From an uncultured archaeon (GTDB lineage: Archaea; Asgardarchaeota; Thorarchaeia; Thorarchaeales; Thorarchaeaceae): a stretch of 64,000 bases of DNA. The position numbers and the translations under genes were made by a program. This document shows, in pieces, positions 59,826 through 64,000 of the stretch (position 1 is its first letter; each line of letters opens with the position of its first letter). Under the pieces are notes generated by a model. It was not told where the DNA came from. It did no database searches and worked only from the letters and a program-made list of their open reading frames with translations. Location of the stretch: positions 1-64,000 of the forward strand of contig CAZSWP010000001.1 in assembly GCA_964610875.1 (NCBI GenBank), in the 5' to 3' direction.

Positions 59826-60983
59826 GTGAGATTTCGCACAAAAGACATCAGACCGCCACCTATTGTCAAGCTTGCTGAGGCTGCAAAGAGGTTCATTGGT
59901 TCTCAAGATTTCATGGACCTCGGACAAGGGGTTCCGGGTCACATTCCACCAGCCAAGGTTCTTGCATCACTGAATGAGAGAATTAAGCATCCTGTTACTC
60001 ACAGATATACCTCTGATCAAGGCCACATAGAACTACGTGAAGAGCTCTCTTTGTATCTTCGTAGAACATCAGGAATCGATGTTGACCCTCAGAAAGAATT
60101 AGCTATTACAGCCGGGGGAAATCAAGGATTTGCTGGAACAATATTGACCCTGATTGAACCGACTGCGAATATCATCATCCTTTCGCCGTATTATTTCAAT
60201 TCTGTTATGGCTGTACAGTTAGCTGGTGGTGATGTAAAAGTTGTACCTGTATCACCGACATTTCAACCTGATATAGATGTAATATCCTCAGCAGTAGATG
60301 AGAAGACAAGAGCCATTCTCATTGTGTCTCCTAATAACCCCACAGGTAGTGTATATTCAAAAGAGGTTGTTAACGCGATTGTTGATTTATGTTTGCAACA
60401 TAATCTGATGCTAATATCTGATGAAGCTTATTCAAGAATGGTCTTCAATGGTGCAATTCATTATTCCCCTAGGTCACGACGTGATGCTATTGATAATGTT
60501 GTATCAATAGGCAGTTTTTCCAAGGATTTTGGCATAAGCGGTTGGAGAGTAGGTTATGTCATCGGCAATCCAGACTTCATCAATGAGTTTCTCAAGGTCC
60601 AAGATACTGTGACCATATGCGCACCCACAGCAGGACAATTACTTGCTCTAGAGATGCTTAAGAAAGGACTTGACGCAGTTGATGATGAACTGGAGCGTCT
60701 CAGTTTACTTAGGAAACTTGCGTATCTCAGAATTAACGAGATTGATGAATTAGAAACTGTTGAAACATCGGGGACCTTCTATCTCTTTCCAAAAGTGAAA
60801 GGATGCACCGATTCAAGAAAGCTAGCTCTCGACCTTCTTGAAACTGCTAAAATACTCGTTCTTCCGGGTAGTATTTTTGGAGAGGCAGGGGAAGGACATA
60901 TTCGCCTTTCTATAGGACCCCTAACTCCAGATGCTGTGGATAAAGCATTTGATAGGCTTGAGCGATATTTCAATACATCATAG
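59826..60983 (+). CDS. class I PLP-dependent aminotransferase
   Basis: LGQGVP, SPNNPTG, DEAY, SFSKDFGISGWRVGY. Confidence 0.9.
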   Translation: MRFRTKDIRPPPIVKLAEAAKRFIGSQDFMDLGQGVPGHIPPAKVLASLNERIKHPVTHRYTSDQGHIELREELSLYLRRTSGIDVDPQKELAITAGGNQGFAGTILTLIEPTANIIILSPYYFNSVMAVQLAGGDVKVVPVSPTFQPDIDVISSAVDEKTRAILIVSPNNPTGSVYSKEVVNAIVDLCLQHNLMLISDEAYSRMVFNGAIHYSPRSRRDAIDNVVSIGSFSKDFGISGWRVGYVIGNPDFINEFLKVQDTVTICAPTAGQLLALEMLKKGLDAVDDELERLSLLRKLAYLRINEIDELETVETSGTFYLFPKVKGCTDSRKLALDLLETAKILVLPGSIFGEAGEGHIRLSIGPLTPDAVDKAFDRLERYFNTS

Positions 60984-62315
60984 GTCAGAATATACTATCC
61001 ATTCCCAATCAGTGACTGACTCATTCATGTATTTAGTCCATTCGTCCCCTTTTATTCTGATAAACTCATCAAGTGTTTCTTTTCCTATTGCATCTGCTAT
61101 CACTCGATCCTCTTCAAGGTGAGTGAGTGCTTCTCCAAGGTTAGCTGGGAGATTCTTTATGCCCTTCTTCTTTCTTTCTTCATCGGAAAGTCGAAATACA
61201 TCTCCATTGACAGGTTCAATAGGTGTGAGAGCTCTCTTTATTCCGTCCATTCCAGCAGCCAGTATTGCTGCAAATAACAGATAGGGATTAGCTAGGGGGT
61301 CTGGAGATCTTAACTCAATAGCTGCCTTCTGACTTGTCGTAAATAATGGGACTCGAATCAATGTGGTCCTGTTCATAAGTCCCCATGAGATGTATACAGG
61401 GGCTTCATGATGCGGTACCAACCGTTTGTAAGAGTTTACTGTTGGATTTGCAAGTGCCGTTAGTGCTGGGGCATGGTCTAGTAAACCAGCAATGAACATC
61501 TTGGCAGTGTCTGATATTCCATTTGCATCACCAAAGAGATTCTTTCCATCTTTCCAGAGTTGTAAATGACAATGCAAACCGCTCCCTGCGAGATCTACGA
61601 AGGGTTTTGGCATGAAGGTGATACCAATCTCTGCTTCTTGAGCGATTGCTTTTGCGGTATGCTTGAAGAGTAGTATCATGTCTGCCATTTTCCGGATATC
61701 CACATAATCTATCTCGATTTCCTGTTGTGCTTCACCTACTTCATGATGGACTACCCTAACTTCCATTCCCATCTCTTGGATTGCTGAAGCAATTTCAAGA
61801 AGAACCTCCATACCTGAGCTTACTGGATATGTATCTGCATATTGTGCATAGTCAAATGGTTCGCCATCTTCATCAATGAAATAGAACTCTGGTTCAACTT
61901 TTGCTCGAAGCTCCATACCTTTCTCCAGAATAGTTTCACATGCATTGTGTAGTATGCCACGGGTATCTTTGGGATAGTATGAAGTCCCGGTTTCCGACTT
62001 TTCACGAATGAAGCACATTGCTGCAGCGGTTCTTTGTAATCTATAGGGAAGTTCCACAAGGGTTGATGGATCTGGATCTAGACGTAAGTCTGATGATTCA
62101 ACTCTCGCCAAACCTAAGATTGAGCTTCCATCAATGCTAGTCCCACTCCGCATAACTGGGCTGTCAATAAGATCCTTAATGTCATCGACCGGTTTGCAGG
62201 GTACTATCATCGCTTTCAATCGGCCAAGAATATCAGTTAGTCTGAATTCGATATACCGTATACCTTCTGACACGTGCATCAACTCTACAGGGGTAAGCAA
62301 ACTGAAACATCTCAT
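60978..62315 (-). CDS. glnA: glutamine synthetase type I family
   Basis: DGSSI, EPEFYF, HHEV, FMPKP, GSGLHCH, NSYKRLVP, IELRSPD. Confidence 0.88.
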   Translation of the reverse strand: MRCFSLLTPVELMHVSEGIRYIEFRLTDILGRLKAMIVPCKPVDDIKDLIDSPVMRSGTSIDGSSILGLARVESSDLRLDPDPSTLVELPYRLQRTAAAMCFIREKSETGTSYYPKDTRGILHNACETILEKGMELRAKVEPEFYFIDEDGEPFDYAQYADTYPVSSGMEVLLEIASAIQEMGMEVRVVHHEVGEAQQEIEIDYVDIRKMADMILLFKHTAKAIAQEAEIGITFMPKPFVDLAGSGLHCHLQLWKDGKNLFGDANGISDTAKMFIAGLLDHAPALTALANPTVNSYKRLVPHHEAPVYISWGLMNRTTLIRVPLFTTSQKAAIELRSPDPLANPYLLFAAILAAGMDGIKRALTPIEPVNGDVFRLSDEERKKKGIKNLPANLGEALTHLEEDRVIADAIGKETLDEFIRIKGDEWTKYMNESVTDWEWIVYSDL

Positions 62316-62348
62316 CTCATATTAAAAAGCTACTCTGTTATGCAAAAA

Positions 62349-62660
62349 CTAGCCCCATAGATCCTTATACCAGTCTTCGGCTTCATCGCCGAGTTCCAGT
62401 CGTATCGATCCAGTAGCAACACTAATTTCATCATCCTCTTTTATCTCAAAATTCATCGCTGCAATTCGAATCGCTCTCTTTTCAAGGTGTACATTATTGA
62501 TATTCCTTGAATGGAGTCTGGCTACTGTTTTTCCTCCATCCATTGTGAGCATCATATCTTCATAGGAAACATCACATTTCATCTTGAACTTAGTCTTACC
62601 AAATCCGCCCATATGTATCTCGAGGTTTTCGAATTGGGCTTTTGCTTTCTCTACCTTCAT
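62349..62660 (-). CDS. hypothetical protein, possible PH-like fold
   Basis: beta-rich, ending in helix EAEDWYKDL; start ATG 62660. Confidence 0.5.
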   Translation of the reverse strand: MKVEKAKAQFENLEIHMGGFGKTKFKMKCDVSYEDMMLTMDGGKTVARLHSRNINNVHLEKRAIRIAAMNFEIKEDDEISVATGSIRLELGDEAEDWYKDLWG

Positions 62661-62764
62661 GTAACTCACGAGAATGAAATATCTCAATTGCCTTTTGAAT
62701 CTCATCTTTTACGAAGTAATTGATGGAAAGAGTCAATTTGATGTATGGCATATGGATTGCTGTC

Positions 62765-63580
62765 ATGAAAAAAGGACTGTTTATAGGAACAAGTGGTTGG
62801 TCTTACAAAGATGATTGGCGTGATGTATTTTATCACTCTCTATCATCTCTGCTAGAACAATACTTGACCTATTTTGATACAGTTGAGATTAACTCTACAT
62901 TCTATGCTCTTCCCCGCAAATCGTTTATCAATCATTTAGTAGAATTACCATATTCCGAGAAATTTTTCTCCGCCAAACTTCCAAAGGTTGTAACACATGA
63001 TAATAGACTAAGGCTCGATGGTGAGGGTGGAACCATATTGGAAACCTACTTCTCTCTTATGAAACCGCTCAAGGAAAAAACTGAGGCGTTACTGATCCAA
63101 CTACCTCCATGGGCTATTTCGACGATGGGTGACTTGGAAAATTTCTTCTCGAACCTGGACTTAAGCTTTAGATATGCCATCGAGTTCAGACACAAAAGTT
63201 GGTTGACAGAAAGAGTCTGGAATCTATTAGAGGACTATGGAATTGCTCATGTGATTGTAGATGAACCAAAATTACCAATTAATACGCGAATAACTACTGA
63301 TTTTGTATACATTCGGTGGCATGGTCATGGTACCAAACCATGGTACAAATACAGATACTCCGAAGAAGAGCTTTTAGAGTGGAAACCGATTCTTGAAGAT
63401 TTAGAAACTAGAAGTGAAACTGTCCTCGGGTATTTCAATAATCACTTCTATGGTTATGCACCATTAAATGGACTTCAAATGTTACAATATATGGGGAAAA
63501 TCAATTCCCATCAGAAAAACAAACTTGAGAGAATGACCGAGTATTTTTCTGTTGAACAGACTACACTATTCGATTTTTAA
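62765..63580 (+). CDS. DUF72 family protein
   Basis: IGTSGWSY, VEINSTFY, QLPP, EFRH, YIRWHG, YFNN. Confidence 0.9.
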   Translation: MKKGLFIGTSGWSYKDDWRDVFYHSLSSLLEQYLTYFDTVEINSTFYALPRKSFINHLVELPYSEKFFSAKLPKVVTHDNRLRLDGEGGTILETYFSLMKPLKEKTEALLIQLPPWAISTMGDLENFFSNLDLSFRYAIEFRHKSWLTERVWNLLEDYGIAHVIVDEPKLPINTRITTDFVYIRWHGHGTKPWYKYRYSEEELLEWKPILEDLETRSETVLGYFNNHFYGYAPLNGLQMLQYMGKINSHQKNKLERMTEYFSVEQTTLFDF

Positions 63581-63733
63581 ATTAGGGAAATGAAAAAGAA
63601 GTTACATGAATCAAATCTGAGGTTGTATTCATTTACGTTCGAGGTAGAATAACGCAATCCCATCTAGAAAATACAGAAAGAAAGCCTAATAAGTAATCTA
63701 AAGTCAGCGTGCCGAAGAAGGTGGAAGGTCACT

Positions 63734-64000
63734 ATGAGCTTCGATATCATTGCAGAACCTGTTGTTAAATCTCCAAAGGATGGTAAACCACGACGCGGAA
63801 GAGGATTTACTAGAAAAGAATTAGAAAATGCAGGACTTACGGTAGAAGATGCCAGAAATATGGGTCTAATTGTTGACCTTCGTCGCAGAACCACGTATGA
63901 GCAGAATGTTGAGATCCTTAAAGAATACATCCAAGATATGGAAGACATTGTGTCTGCTCTTGCAGCTGAAGAAACCTCCACTGTCGATGTTTCATTAGCA
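63734..64000 (+). CDS. rpl13e: ribosomal protein L13e (runs off the window)
   Basis: MSFDIIAEPVVKSP..RRGRGFTRKELENAGL..ARNMGLIVDLRRRT..NVEILKEY; absent from the ORF track because no stop lies in the window. Confidence 0.9.
   Translation, partial: MSFDIIAEPVVKSPKDGKPRRGRGFTRKELENAGLTVEDARNMGLIVDLRRRTTYEQNVEILKEYIQDMEDIVSALAAEETSTVDVSLA

Noticed and set aside
63664-63981. 105-aa minus-strand ORF
   Set aside because: Antisense shadow of rpl13e
1-64000. CRISPR arrays, IS elements, rRNA, selenoprotein TGA read-through
   Set aside because: No regularly spaced repeats, transposase motifs, rRNA-like sequence or TGA at a conserved Cys position were seen by eye; small elements could have been missed

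Overview
Archaeal chromosomal window, very probably from an Asgard archaeon (Thorarchaeia-like, inferred from gene content only). The left end holds a compact ESCRT locus: vps4, vps25, one ESCRT-III gene and two unusual chimeric proteins. One is a Vps28-N-terminal (ESCRT-I) domain fused to an EAP30/Vps22-36 (ESCRT-II) winged-helix pair. The other is a multi-zinc-finger / coiled-coil / GRAM-PH / steadiness-box protein. No ubiquitin, UEV or Vps28 C-terminal domain is visible in the window. The rest is mostly housekeeping and metabolism: aspS, argS, TFB, tldD/pmbA, trm11, nfo, DGGGP synthase, hypB, mfnA, hom, amino-acid catabolism, a NikR-controlled ECF Ni/Co transporter, aIF5A, NAD kinase, NOB1, PAC2, glnA and rpl13e. 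Further candidate eukaryotic-signature-like proteins (longin, Yip1, alpha-SNAP-like, PH-like) are scattered through it. There are two tRNAs: His-GTG, and Leu-CAG with a 32-nt bulge-helix-bulge intron at the non-canonical 53/54 position. Several pseudogene remnants are present. No CRISPR array, integrase or transposase was recognised. All protein calls come from visual motif recognition; no searches were run.
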